The notes below the pieces were generated by a model. The model saw nothing but the letters and a program-made list of their open reading frames with translations. It made no database searches and was not told the origin of the DNA. Shown here piece after piece: positions 50,201 to 64,000 of a stretch of 64,000 nucleotides of DNA. The stretch's first letter is position 1. Each line of letters opens with the position of its first letter. Both the position numbers and the translations under genes were made by a program. The stretch lies in NCBI GenBank assembly GCA_964016885.1, contig OZ024742.1, positions 32,054,001 through 32,118,000 on the forward strand. Direction: 5' to 3'. The stretch comes from Eledone cirrhosa (lineage: Eukaryota).

Positions 50201-53200
50201 AAGACCACTTTAGCAAGACCACATTAGCAAAACCACATTAGCAAGACCACAATAGCAAGACCACATTAGCAAGACCACAATAGCAAGACCACATTAGCAA
50301 GACCACATTAGCAAGACCACATTAGGAAGGCCACATTAGCAAGACCACATTAGCAAGACCACTTTAGCAAGAGCACATTAGCAAGACCACATTAGCAAGA
50401 CCACATTAGGAAGAGCACAATAGCAAGACCACATTAGCAAGACCACAATAGCAAGACCACATTAGCAAGACCACAATAGCAAGACCACATTAGCAAGTAC
50501 ACATTAGCAAGACCACAATAGCAAGACCACATTAGCAAGACCACATTAGCAAGAGCACAATAGCCAGACCACATTAGCAAGACCACTTTAGCAAGACCGC
50601 TTTAGCAAGATCATATTAGCAAGACCTCAATAGCAAGACCACAATAGCAAGACCACATTAGCAAGACCATATTAGCCAGACCACATTACCAAGACCACCT
50701 TAGCAAGACCACAATAGCAAGACCACATTAGCAAGACCACATTAGCAAGACCACACTAGCAAGACCACAATAACAAGACCACATGAGCAAGACCACATTA
50801 GCAAGACCACGTTAGGAAGGCCACATTAGCAAGACCACATTAGCAAGACCACATTACCAAGACCACAATAGCAAGACCACTTTAGCAAGAACACAATAGC
50901 AAGAACACAATAGCAAGACCACAATAGCAAGACCACACTAGCAAGACCACAATAGCAAGACCACATTAGCAAGACCACATTAGCAAGACCACAATAGCAA
51001 GACCACATTAGCAAGACCACACTAGCAAAACCACTTTAGCAAGACCACAATAGCAAGACCACAATAGCAAAACCACATTAGCAAGACTACATTAGCAAGA
51101 CCACTTTAGCAAGACCACAATAGCAAGACCACAATAGCAAGACCACATTAGCAAGATCACAGTAGCAAGACCACAATAGCAAGACCACATTAGCAAGACC
51201 ACAATAGCAAGACCACATTAGCAAGAACACTTTAGCAAGAAAACAATAGCAAGACCTCTTTAGTAAGACCACATTAGCAAGACCACAATAGCAAGACCAC
51301 AATAGCAAGACCACAATAGCAAGACCACATTAGCAAGACCACAATAGCAAGGCCACATTAGCAAGAACACTTTAGCAAGAAAACAATAGCAAGACCACAA
51401 TAGCAAGACCACATTACCAAGACCACAATAGCAAGGCCACTTTAGCAAGAACACAATAGCAAGAACACAATAGCAAGTCCACAATAGCAAGACCACATTA
51501 GCAAGACCACAATAGCAAGACCACATTAGCAAGTACACAATAGCAAGACCACTTTAGCAAGACCACAATAGCAAGACCACAATAGCAAAACCACATTAGC
51601 AAGACCACATTACCAAGACCACTTTAGCAAGACCACATAACAAGACCACATTAGCAAGACCACATTAACAAGACCACATTAGCAAGACCACATTAGCAAG
51701 AGCAAATTAGCAAGACCACAATAGCAAGACCACATTAGCAAGACCACAATAGCAAGACCACATTAGCAAGACCACTTTAGAAAGACCACATTAGCAAAAC
51801 CACAATAGCAAGACCACTTTAGCAAGACCACATTAGCAAGACCACTTTAGCAACACCACAATAGCAAGACCACTTTAGGAAGACCACACTAGCAAGACCA
51901 CATTAGCAAGACCACTTTAGCAAGACCAGTTTAGCAAGAGCACATTAGCAAGACCACATTAGCAAGACCACTTTAGCAAGAGCACATTAGCAAGACCACA
52001 TTAGCAAGACCACAATAGCAAGACCACAATGGCAAGACCACATTAGCAAGAACACATTAGCAAGACCACACTATCAAGACCACAACAGCAAGACCACTTT
52101 AGCAAGACCACATTAGGAAGGCCACATTAGAAAGACCACAATAGCAAGACCACAATAGCAAGACCACATTAGCAAGACCACACTAGCAAGACCACACAAG
52201 CAAGACCACTTTAGCAAGACCACATTAGCAAGACCACAATAGCAAGAACACATTAGCAAGATCACAATAGCAAGACCACTTTAGCAAGACCACAATAGCA
52301 AGACCACTTTAGCAAGACCACATTAGCAATACCACTTTAGCAAGACCACATTAGCAAGACCACTTTAGCAAGACCACATTAGCAATACCACAATAGCAAA
52401 ACCACATTAGCCAGACCACATTAGCAAGACCACTTTAGCAAGACCACAATAGCAAGACCACAATAGCAAGACCACATTAGCAAGACCACATTAGCAAGAC
52501 CACATTACCAAGATCACTTTAGCAAGACCACATTAGCAAGACCACACTAGCAACACCACAATAACAAGACCACTTGAGCAAGACCATATTAGCAAGACCA
52601 CACTAGCAAGACCACATTAGCAAGACCACATTAGCAATACCATATTAGCAAGACCACATTACCAAGACCATTTTAGCAAGACCGCATTAGCAAGACCACG
52701 TTAGCAAGACCACAATAGCAAGACCACATTAGCAAGACCACATTAGCAAGACCACATTAGGAAGGCCACATTAGCAAGACCACATTAACAAGACCACAAT
52801 AGCAAGACCACAATAGGAAGACCACATTAGCAAGACCACGTTAGCAAGACCACACTAGCAAGACCACAATAGCAAGACCACACTAGCAAGACCACAATAG
52901 CAAGACCACTTTAGCAAGACCACATTAGCATGACCACAATAGCAAGACCACTTTAGCAAAACCACATTAGCATGACCACATTAGCTAGACCACTTTTGCA
53001 AGACCACACTAGCAAGACCACACTAGCAAGACCACATTAGCAAGACCACTTTAGCAAGACCACAATGGCAATACCACTTTAGCAAGACCACACTAGCAAG
53101 ACCACATTAGCAAGACCACATTAGCAAGACCACTTTAGCAAGAACACTTTAGCAAGAACACAATATCAAGACCACAATAGCAAGACCACATTACCAAGAC

Positions 53201-56200
53201 CACAATAGCAAGACCACTTTAGCAAAAACACAATAGCAAGAACACAATAGCAAGACCACAATAGTAAGACCACATTAGCAATACCACGCTAGCAAGACCA
53301 CATTAGCAAGACCACATTAGCAAGACCACAATAGCAAGACCACATTAGCAAGACCACATTAGAAAGACCACAATAGCAAGACTACATTAGCAAGACCACT
53401 TTAGCAAGACCACATTAGCAAGACCACAATAGCAAGAATACATTAGCAAGACCACATTAGCAAGACCACTTAAGCATGACCATAATAGCAAGACCACTTT
53501 AGGAAGACCACACTAGCAAGACCACATTAGCAAGACCACTTTAGCAAGACCACTTTAGCAAGAGCACATTAGCAAGAGCACATTAGCAAGACCACTTTAG
53601 AAAGAGCACATTAGCAAGACCGCATTAGCAAGACCACATTAGCAAGACCACAATAGCAAGACCACATTAGCAAGACCACAATAGCAAGACCACATTAGCA
53701 ATACCACAATAGCAAGAACACATTAGCAAGACCACATTAGCAAGACAACAATAGCAAGACCACATTAGCAAGACCACATTAGCAAGACCACAATAGCAAA
53801 ACCACATTAGCAAGACCACATTAGCAAGACCACAATAGCAAAACCACATTAGCAAGACCACTTTAGCAAGACCACATCAGCAAGATTACAATAGCAAGAT
53901 CACTTTAGCAAAACCACATTAGCAAGAACACTTTAGCAAGACCACAATAGCAAGACCACTTTAGGAAGACCACACTAGCAAGACCACATAGGCAAGACCA
54001 CTTTAGCAAGACCACTTTAGCAAGAGCACATTAGCAAGACCACATTAGCAAGACCACTTTAGCAAGAGCACATTAGCAAGACCGCATTAGCAAGACCACA
54101 TTAGCAAGACCACAATAGCAAGACCACATAAGCAAGACCACAATAGCAAGACCACATTAGCAAGACCACAATAGCAAGAACACATTAGCAAGACCACATT
54201 AGCAAGACCACAATAGCAAGACCACATTAGCAAGACCACACTAGCAAGACCACAATAGCAAAAGCACATTAGCAAGACCACTTTAGTAAGACCACATTAG
54301 CAAGACCACAATAGCAAGACCACAATAGCAAGACCACATTAGCAAGACCACAATAGCAAGACCACATTAGCAAGAACACTTTAGCAAGAAAACAATAGTA
54401 AGACCACAATAGCAAGACCACATTACCAAGACCACAATAGCAAGGCCACTTTAGCAAGAACACAATAGCAAGAACACAATAGCAAGACCACAATAGCAAG
54501 ACCACATTAGCAAGACCACAATAGCAAGACCAAATTAGCAAGTACACAATAGCAAGACCACTTTAGCAAGACCACAATAGCAAGACCACATTAGCAAGAC
54601 CACAATAGCAAGACCACATTAGCAAGACCACACTAGCAAGACCACAATAGCAAGACCACATTAGCAAGACCACATTAGCAAGACCACATTAGCAAGACCA
54701 CACTAGCAAGACCACAATAGAAAGACCACTTTAGCAAGATCATATTAGCAAGACCTCAATAGCAAGACAACAATGGCAAGACCACATTAGCAAGACCATA
54801 TTAGCAAGACCACTTTAGCAAGACCACATTAGCCAAACCACACTAGCAAGACCACAATAACAAGACCACTTGAGCAAGACCATATTAGCAAGACCACATT
54901 AGGAAGACCACATTAGTAAGACCATATTAGCAAGACCACATTACCAAGACCACTTTAGCAAGACCACATTAGCAAGACCACATTAGCAAGACCACAATAG
55001 CAAGACCACATTAGCAAGACCACAATAGCAAGACCACATTAGCAAGACCACATTAGCAAGACCACATTAGGAAGGCCACATTAGCAAGACCACATTAGCA
55101 AGACCACTTTAGCAAGAGCACATTCGCAAGACCACATTAGCAAGACCACATTAGCAAGACCACAATAGCAAGACCACATTAGCAAGACCACAATAGCAAG
55201 ACCACATTAGCAAGACCACAATAGCAAGACCACATTAGCAAGTACACATTAGCAAGACCACAATAGCAAGACCATATTAGCAAGACCACATTAGCAAGAC
55301 CACAATAGCAAGACCACATTAGCAAGACCACAATAGCAAGACCACATTAGCAAGACCACAATAGCAAGACCACATTAGCAAGACCACAATAGCAAGACCA
55401 CATTAGCAAGTACACATTAGCAAGACCACAATAGCAAGACCACATTAGCAAGACCACATTAGCAAGACCACAATAGCAAGACAACATTAGCAAGACCACT
55501 TTAGCAAGACCACATTAGCAAGACCACAATAGCAAGACCCCATTAGCAAGACCACAATAGCAAGACCACATTAGCAAGACCACAATAGCAAGACCACATT
55601 AGCAAGACCACAATAGCAAGACCACATTAGCAAGACCACACTAGCAAGACCACAATAGCAAGACCACATTAGCAAGACCACATTAGCAAGACCACATTAG
55701 CAAGACCACACTAGCAAGACCACAATAGCAAGACCACTTTAGCAAGATCATATTACCATGACCTCAATAGCAAGACAACAATAGCAAGACCACATTAGCA
55801 AGACCATATTAGCAAGACCACTTTAGCAAGACCACATTAGCAAGACCACACTAGCAAGACCACAATAACAAGACCACTTGAGCAAGACCATATTAGCAAG
55901 ACCACATTAGGAAGACCACATTAGCAAGACCATATTAGCAAGACCACAATAGCAAGACCACATTAGCAAGACCACATTACCAAGACCACTTTAGCAAGAC
56001 CACATTAGCAAGACCACATTAGCAAGTACACATTAGCAAGACCACAATAGCAAGACCACAATAGCAAGACCACATTAGCAAGACCACACTAGCAAGACCA
56101 CAATAGCAAGACCACATTAGCAAGACCACAATAGCAAGACCACATTAGCAAGTACACATTAGCAAGACCACAATAGCAAGACCACATTAGCAAGACCACA

Positions 56201-59200
56201 TTAGCAAGAGCACAATAGCCAGACCACATTAGCAAGACCACTTTAGCAAGACCACATTAGCAAGACCACAATAGCAAGACCCCATTAGCAAGACCACATT
56301 AGCAAGACCACATGAGCAAGACCACACTAGCAAGACCACAATAGCAAGACCACTTTAGCAAGATCATATTAGCAAGACCTCAATAGCAAGACCACAATAT
56401 CAAAACCACATTAGCAAGACCATATTAGCCAGACCACATTTCCAAGTCCACCTTAGCAAGACCACAATAGCAAGACCACATTAGCAAGACCACATTAGCA
56501 AGACCACACTAGCAAGACCACAATAACAAGACCACATGAGCAAGACCACATTAGCAAGACCACATTAGGAAGGCCACATTAGCAAGACCACATTAGCAAG
56601 ACCACATTACCAAGACCACAATAGCAAGACCACTTTAGCAAGAACACAATAGCAAGAACACAATAGCAAGACCACAATAGCAAGACCACACTAGCAAGAC
56701 CACAATAGCAAGACCACATTAGCAAGACCAGATTAGCAAGACCACAATAGCAAGACCACATTAGCAAGACCACACTAGCAAGACCACTTTAGCAAGACCA
56801 CAATAGAAAGACCACAATAGCAAAACCACATTAGCAAGACCACATTACCAAGACCACTTTAGCAAGACCACATAACAAGACCACATTAGCAAGACCACAT
56901 TAACAAGACCACATTAGCAAGACCACATTAGCAAGACCACATTAGCAAGAGCAAATTAGCAAGACCACAATAGCAAGACCACATTAGCAAGACCACAATA
57001 GCAAGACCACATTAGCAAGACCACTTTAGAAAGACCACATTAGCAAAACCACAATAGCAAGACCACTTTAGCAAGACCACATTAGCAAGACCACTTTAGC
57101 AACACCACAATAGCAAGACCACTTTAGGAAGACCACACTAGCAAGACCACATTAGCAAGACCACTTTAGCAAGACCAGTTTAGCAAGAGCACATTAGCAA
57201 GACCACATTAGCAAGACCACTTTAGCAAGAGCACATTAGCAAGACCACATTAGCAAGACCACAATAGCAAGACCACAATGGCAAGACCACATTAGCAAGA
57301 ACACATTAGCAAGACCACACTATCAAGACCACAACAGCAAGACCACTTTAGCAAGACCACATTAGGAAGGCCACATTAGAAAGACCACAATAGCAAGACC
57401 ACAATAGCAAGACCACATTAGCAAGACCACACTAGCAAGACCACACAAGCAAGACCACTTTAGCAAGACCACATTAGCAAGACCACAATAGCAAGAACAC
57501 ATTAGCAAGATCACAATAGCAAGACCACTTTAGCAAGACCACAATAGCAAGACCACTTTAGCAAGACCACATTAGCAATACCACTTTAGCAAGACCACAT
57601 TAGCAAGACCACTTTAGCAAGACCACATTAGCAATACCACAATAGCAAAACCACATTAGCCAGACCACATTAGCAAGACCACTTTAGCAAGACCACAATA
57701 GCAAGACCACAATAGCAAGACCACATTAGCAAGACCACATTAGCAAGACCACATTACCAAGATCACTTTAGCAAGACCACATTAGCAAGACCACACTAGC
57801 AACACCACAATAACAAGACCACTTGAGCAAGACCATATTAGCAAGACCACACTAGCAAGACCACATTAGCAAGACCACATTAGCAATACCATATTAGCAA
57901 GACCACATTACCAAGACCATTTTAGCAAGACCGCATTAGCAAGACCACGTTAGCAAGACCACAATAGCAAGACCACATTAGCAAGACCACATTAGCAAGA
58001 CCACATTAGGAAGGCCACATTAGCAAGACCACATTAACAAGACCACAATAGCAAGACCACAATAGGAAGACCACATTAGCAAGACCACGTTAGCAAGACC
58101 ACACTAGCAAGACCACAATAGCAAGACCACACTAGCAAGACCACAATAGCAAGACCACTTTAGCAAGACCACATTAGCATGACCACAATAGCAAGACCAC
58201 TTTAGCAAAACCACATTAGCATGACCACATTAGCTAGACCACTTTTGCAAGACCACACTAGCAAGACCACACTAGCAAGACCACATTAGCAAGACCACTT
58301 TAGCAAGACCACAATGGCAATACCACTTTAGCAAGACCACACTAGCAAGACCACATTAGCAAGACCACATTAGCAAGACCACTTTAGCAAGAACACTTTA
58401 GCAAGAACACAATATCAAGACCACAATAGCAAGACCACATTACCAAGACCACAATAGCAAGACCACTTTAGCAAAAACACAATAGCAAGAACACAATAGC
58501 AAGACCACAATAGTAAGACCACATTAGCAATACCACGCTAGCAAGACCACATTAGCAAGACCACATTAGCAAGACCACAATAGCAAGACCACATTAGCAA
58601 GACCACATTAGAAAGACCACAATAGCAAGACTACATTAGCAAGACCACTTTAGCAAGACCACATTAGCAAGACCACAATAGCAAGAATACATTAGCAAGA
58701 CCACATTAGCAAGACCACTTAAGCATGACCATAATAGCAAGACCACTTTAGGAAGACCACACTAGCAAGACCACATTAGCAAGACCACTTTAGCAAGACC
58801 ACTTTAGCAAGAGCACATTAGCAAGAGCACATTAGCAAGACCACTTTAGAAAGAGCACATTAGCAAGACCGCATTAGCAAGACCACATTAGCAAGACCAC
58901 AATAGCAAGACCACATTAGCAAGACCACAATAGCAAGACCACATTAGCAATACCACAATAGCAAGAACACATTAGCAAGACCACATTAGCAAGACAACAA
59001 TAGCAAGACCACATTAGCAAGTACACATTAGCAAGACCACAATAGCAAGACCATATTAGCAAGACCACATTAGCAAGACCACAATAGCAAGACCACATTA
59101 GCAAGACCACAATAGCAAGACCACATTAGCAAGACCACAATAGCAAGACCACATTAGCAAGACCACAATAGCAAGACCACATTAGCAAGTACACATTAGC

Positions 59201-62200
59201 AAGACCACAATAGCAAGACCACATTAGCAAGACCACATTAGCAAGACCACAATAGCAAGACCACATTAGCAAGACCACTTTAGCAAGACCACATTAGCAA
59301 GACCACAATAGCAAGACCACAATAGCAAGACCACATTAGCAAGACCACATTAGCAAGACCACATTAGCAAGACCACACTAGCAAGACCACAATAGCAAGA
59401 CCACATTAGCAAGACCACATTAGCAAGACCACATTAGCAAGACCACACTAGCAAGACCACAATAGCAAGACCACTTTAGCAAGATCATATTAGCATGACC
59501 TCAATAGCAAGACAACAATAGCAAGACCACATTAGCAAGACCATATTAGCAAGACCACTTTAGCAAGACCACATTAGCAAGACCACACTAGCAAGACCAC
59601 AATAACAAGACAACTTGAGCAAGACCATATTAGCAAGACCACATTAGGAAGACCACATTAGCAAGACCATATTAGCAAGACCACATTACCAAGACCACTT
59701 TAGCAAGACCACATTAACAAAACCACATTAGCAAGACCACAATAGCAAGATCACATTAGCAAGACCACAATAGCAAGACCACATTAGCAAGACCACATTA
59801 GCAAGACCACATTAGGAAGGCCACATTAGCAAGACCACATTAGCAAGACCACTTTAGCAAGAGCACATTAGCAAGACCACATTAGCAAGACCACATTAGC
59901 AAGAGCACAATAGCAAGACCACATTAGCAAGACCACAATAGCAAGACCACATTAGCAAGACCACAATAGCAAGACCACATTAGCAAGTACACATTAGCAA
60001 GACCACAATAGCAAGACCACATTAGCAAGACCACATTAGCAAGAGCACAATAGCCAGACCACATTAGCAAGACCACTTTAGCAAGACCGCTTTAGCAAGA
60101 TCATATTAGCAAGACCTCAATAGCAAGACCACAATAGCAAGACCACATTAGCAAGACCATATTAGCCAGACCACATTACCAAGACCACCTTAGCAAGACC
60201 ACAATAGCAAGACCACAATAGCAAGACCACATTAGCAAGACCACATTAGCAAGACCACACTAGCAAGACCACAATAACAAGACCACATGAGCAAGACCAC
60301 ATTAGCAAGACCACGTTAGGAAGGCCACATTAGCAAGACCACATTAGCAAGACCACATTACCAAGACCACAATAGCAAGACCACTTTAGCAAGAACACAA
60401 TAGCAAGAACACAATAGCAAGACCACAATAGCAAGACCACACTAGCAAGACCACAATAGCAAGACCACATTAGCAAGACCACATTAGCAAGACCACAAGA
60501 GCAAGACCACATTAGCAAGACCACACTAGCAAAACCACTTTAGCAAGACCACAATAGCAAGACCACAATAGCAAAACCACATTAGCAAGACTACATTAGC
60601 AAGACCACTTTAGCAAGACCACAATAGCAAGACCACAATAGCAAGACCACATTAGCAAGACCACAGTAGCAAGACCACAATAGCAAGACCACATTAGCAA
60701 GACCACACTAGCAAGACCACAATAGCAAGACCACATTAGCAAGACCACATTAGCAAGACCACATTAGCAAGACCACACTAGCAAGACCACAATAGAAAGA
60801 CCACTTTAGCAAGATCATATTAGCAAGACCTCAATAGCAAGACAACAATGGCAAGACCACATTAGCAAGACCATATTAGCAAGACCACTTTAGCAAGACC
60901 ACATTAGCCAAACCACACTAGCAAGACCACAATAACAAGACCACTTGAGCAAGACCATATTAGCAAGACCACATTAGGAAGACCACATTAGCAAGACCAT
61001 ATTAGCAAGACCACATTACCAAGACCACTTTAGCAAGACCACATTAGCAAGACCACATTAGCAAGACCACAATAGCAAGACCACATTAGCAAGACCACAA
61101 TAGCAAGACCACATTAGCAAGACCACATTAGCAAGACCACATTAGGAAGGCCACATTAGCAAGACCACATTAGCAAGACCACTTTAGCAAGAGCACATTC
61201 GCAAGACCACATTAGCAAGACCACATTAGCAAGACCACAATAGCAAGACCACATTAGCAAGACCACAATAGCAAGACCACATTAGCAAGACCACAATAGC
61301 AAGACCACATTAGCAAGTACACATTAGCAAGACCACAATAGCAAGACCATATTAGCAAGACCACATTAGCAAGACCACAATAGCAAGACCACATTAGCAA
61401 GACCACAATAGCAAGACCACATTAGCAAGACCACAATAGCAAGACCACATTAGCAAGACCACAATAGCAAGACCACATTAGCAAGTACACATTAGCAAGA
61501 CCACAATAGCAAGACCACATTAGCAAGACCACATTAGCAAGACCACAATAGCAAGACAACATTAGCAAGACCACTTTAGCAAGACCACATTAGCAAGACC
61601 ACATTAGGAAGGCCACATTAGCAAGACCACATTAGCAAGACCACATTACCAAGACCACAATAGCAAGACCACTTTAGCAAGAACACAATAGCAAGAACAC
61701 AATAGCAAGACCACAATAGCAAGACCACACTAGCAAGACCACAATAGCAAGACCACATTAGCAAGACCACAATAGCAAGACCACAATAGCAAAACCACAT
61801 TAGCAAGACCACATTACCAAGACCACTTTAGCAAGACCACATAACAAGACCACATTAGCAAGACCACATTAACAAGACCACATTAGCAAGACCACATTAG
61901 CAAGACCACATTAGCAAGAGCAAATTAGCAAGACCACAATAGCAAGACCACATTAGCAAGACCACAATAGCAAGACCACATTAGCAAGACCACTTTAGAA
62001 AGACCACATTAGCAAAACCACAATAGCAAGACCACTTTAGCAAGACCACATTAGCAAGACCACTTTAGCAACACCACAATAGCAAGACCACTTTAGGAAG
62101 ACCACACTAGCAAGACCACATTAGCAAGACCACTTTAGCAAGACCAGTTTAGCAAGAGCACATTAGCAAGACCACATTAGCAAGACCACTTTAGCAAGAG

Positions 62201-64000
62201 CACATTAGCAAGACCACATTAGCAAGACCACAATAGCAAGACCACAATAGCAAGACCACATTAGCAAGAACACATTAGCAAGACCACACTATCAAGACCA
62301 CAACAGCAAGACCACTTTAGCAAGACCACATTAGGAAGGCCACATTAGAAAGACCACAATAGCAAGACCACAATAGCAAGACCACATTAGCAAGACCACA
62401 CTAGCAAGACCACACAAGCAAGACCACTTTAGCAAGACCACATTAGCAAGACCACAATAGCAAGAACACATTAGCAAGATCACAATAGCAAGACCACTTT
62501 AGCAAGACCACAATAGCAAGACCACTTTAGCAAGACCACATTAGCAATACCACTTTAGCAAGACCACATTAGCAAGACCACTTTAGCAAGACCACATTAG
62601 CAATACCACAATAGCAAAACCACATTAGCCAGACCACATTAGCAAGACCACTTTAGCAAGACCACAATAGCAAGACCACAATAGCAAGACCACATTAGCA
62701 AGACCACATTAGCAAGACCACATTACCAAGATCACTTTAGCAAGACCACATTAGCAAGACCACACTAGCAACACCACAATAACAAGACCACTTGAGCAAG
62801 ACCATATTAGCAAGACCACACTAGCAAGACCACATTAGCAAGACCACATTAGCAATACCATATTAGCAAGACCACATTACCAAGACCACTTTAGCAAGAC
62901 CACATTAGGAAGGCCACATTAGCAAGACCACATTAACAAGACCACAATAGCAAGACCACAATAGGAAGACCACATTAGCAAGACCACGTTAGCAAGACCA
63001 CACTAGCAAGACCACAATAGCAAGACCACACTAGCAAGACCACAATAGCAAGACCACTTTAGCAAGACCACATTAGCATGACCACAATAGCAAGACCACT
63101 TTAGCAAAACCACATTAGCATGACCACATTAGCTAGACCACTTTTGCAAGACCACACTAGCAAGACCACACTAGCAAGACCACATTAGCAAGACCACTTT
63201 AGCAAGACCACAATGGCAATACCACTTTAGCAAGACCACACTAGCAAGACCACATTAGCAAGACCACATTAGCAAGACCACTTTAGCAAGAACACTTTAG
63301 CAAGAACACAATATCAAGACCACAATAGCAAGACCACATTACCAAGACCACAATAGCAAGACCACTTTAGCAAAAACACAATAGCAAGAACACAATAGCA
63401 AGACCACAATAGTAAGACCACATTAGCAATACCACGCTAGCAAGACCACATTAGCAAGACCACATTAGCAAGACCACAATAGCAAGACCACTTTAGCAAG
63501 ACCACATTAGAAAGACCACAATAGCAAGACTACATTAGCAAGACCACTTTAGCAAGACCACATTAGCAAGACCACAATAGCAAGAATACATTAGCAAGAC
63601 CACATTAGCAAGACCACTTTAGCATGACCATAATAGCAAGACCACTTTAGGAAGACCACACTAGCAAGACCACATTAGCAAGACCACTTTAGCAAGACCA
63701 CTTTAGCAAGAGCACATTAGCAAGAGCACATTAGCAAGACCACTTTAGAAAGAGCACATTAGCAAGACCGCATTAGCAAGACCACATTAGCAAGACCACA
63801 ATAGCAAGACCACATTAGCAAGACCACAATAGCAAGACCACATTAGCAATACCACAATAGCAAGAACACATTAGCAAGACCACATTAGCAAGACAACAAT
63901 AGCAAGACCACATTAGCAAGACCACATTAGCAAGACCACAATAGCAAAACCACATTAGCAAGACCACATTAGCAAGACCACAATAGCAAAACCACATTAG
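14211..64000. repeat. 14-bp satellite array (ACCACATTAGCAAG)n, ~3,550 copies, with higher-order repeats; continues past the window end
   Basis: Single orientation with no foreign insertion seen. The main variants are at monomer positions 6-8 (ATT, AAT, TTT, ACT). Recurring ORF-track and rare-variant offsets are multiples of 14, or differ from them only by the few register shifts. Confidence 0.99.

Noticed and set aside
14815-63997. Dozens of Cys/Leu/Val-rich minus-strand ORFs (MVLLMWSCYCGLA...)
   Set aside because: They are translations of the 14-bp satellite (3 monomers = 14 codons) where variants happen to remove stops, and most have no true ATG start. They are useful only as HOR markers.
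14211-64000. CRISPR array or telomeric repeat
   Set aside because: There are no unique spacers, no cas genes and the context is eukaryotic. TTAG occurs but there are no TTAGGG runs and neither strand has a G-tract.

Overview
This is AT-rich, gene-free eukaryotic (animal) DNA. The SINE and LINE remnants look cephalopod (Octopus-like), which is recognition from memory, not a database result. Bases 1-14.2 kb are a dense patchwork: tRNA-derived SINE pieces, two Helitron-like elements, three non-autonomous hAT-like TIR elements, RTE and CRE-type LINE 3' fragments, many microsatellites and four minisatellites. This part also holds a ~445-bp foldback whose two arms each carry a tRNA-like Pol III promoter facing the centre. 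From ~14,211 to the window end (~49.8 kb, ~3,550 copies) runs an uninterrupted 14-bp satellite, (ACCACATTAGCAAG)n. It has nested higher-order structure (700, 2,016, 2,674, ~4,984, ~5 kb and 11,256 bp offsets), two variant sub-domains and almost perfect conservation of the 14-bp register. No credible intact protein-coding gene, RNA gene or CRISPR array is present. The listed ORFs are repeat artefacts or decayed transposon fragments.
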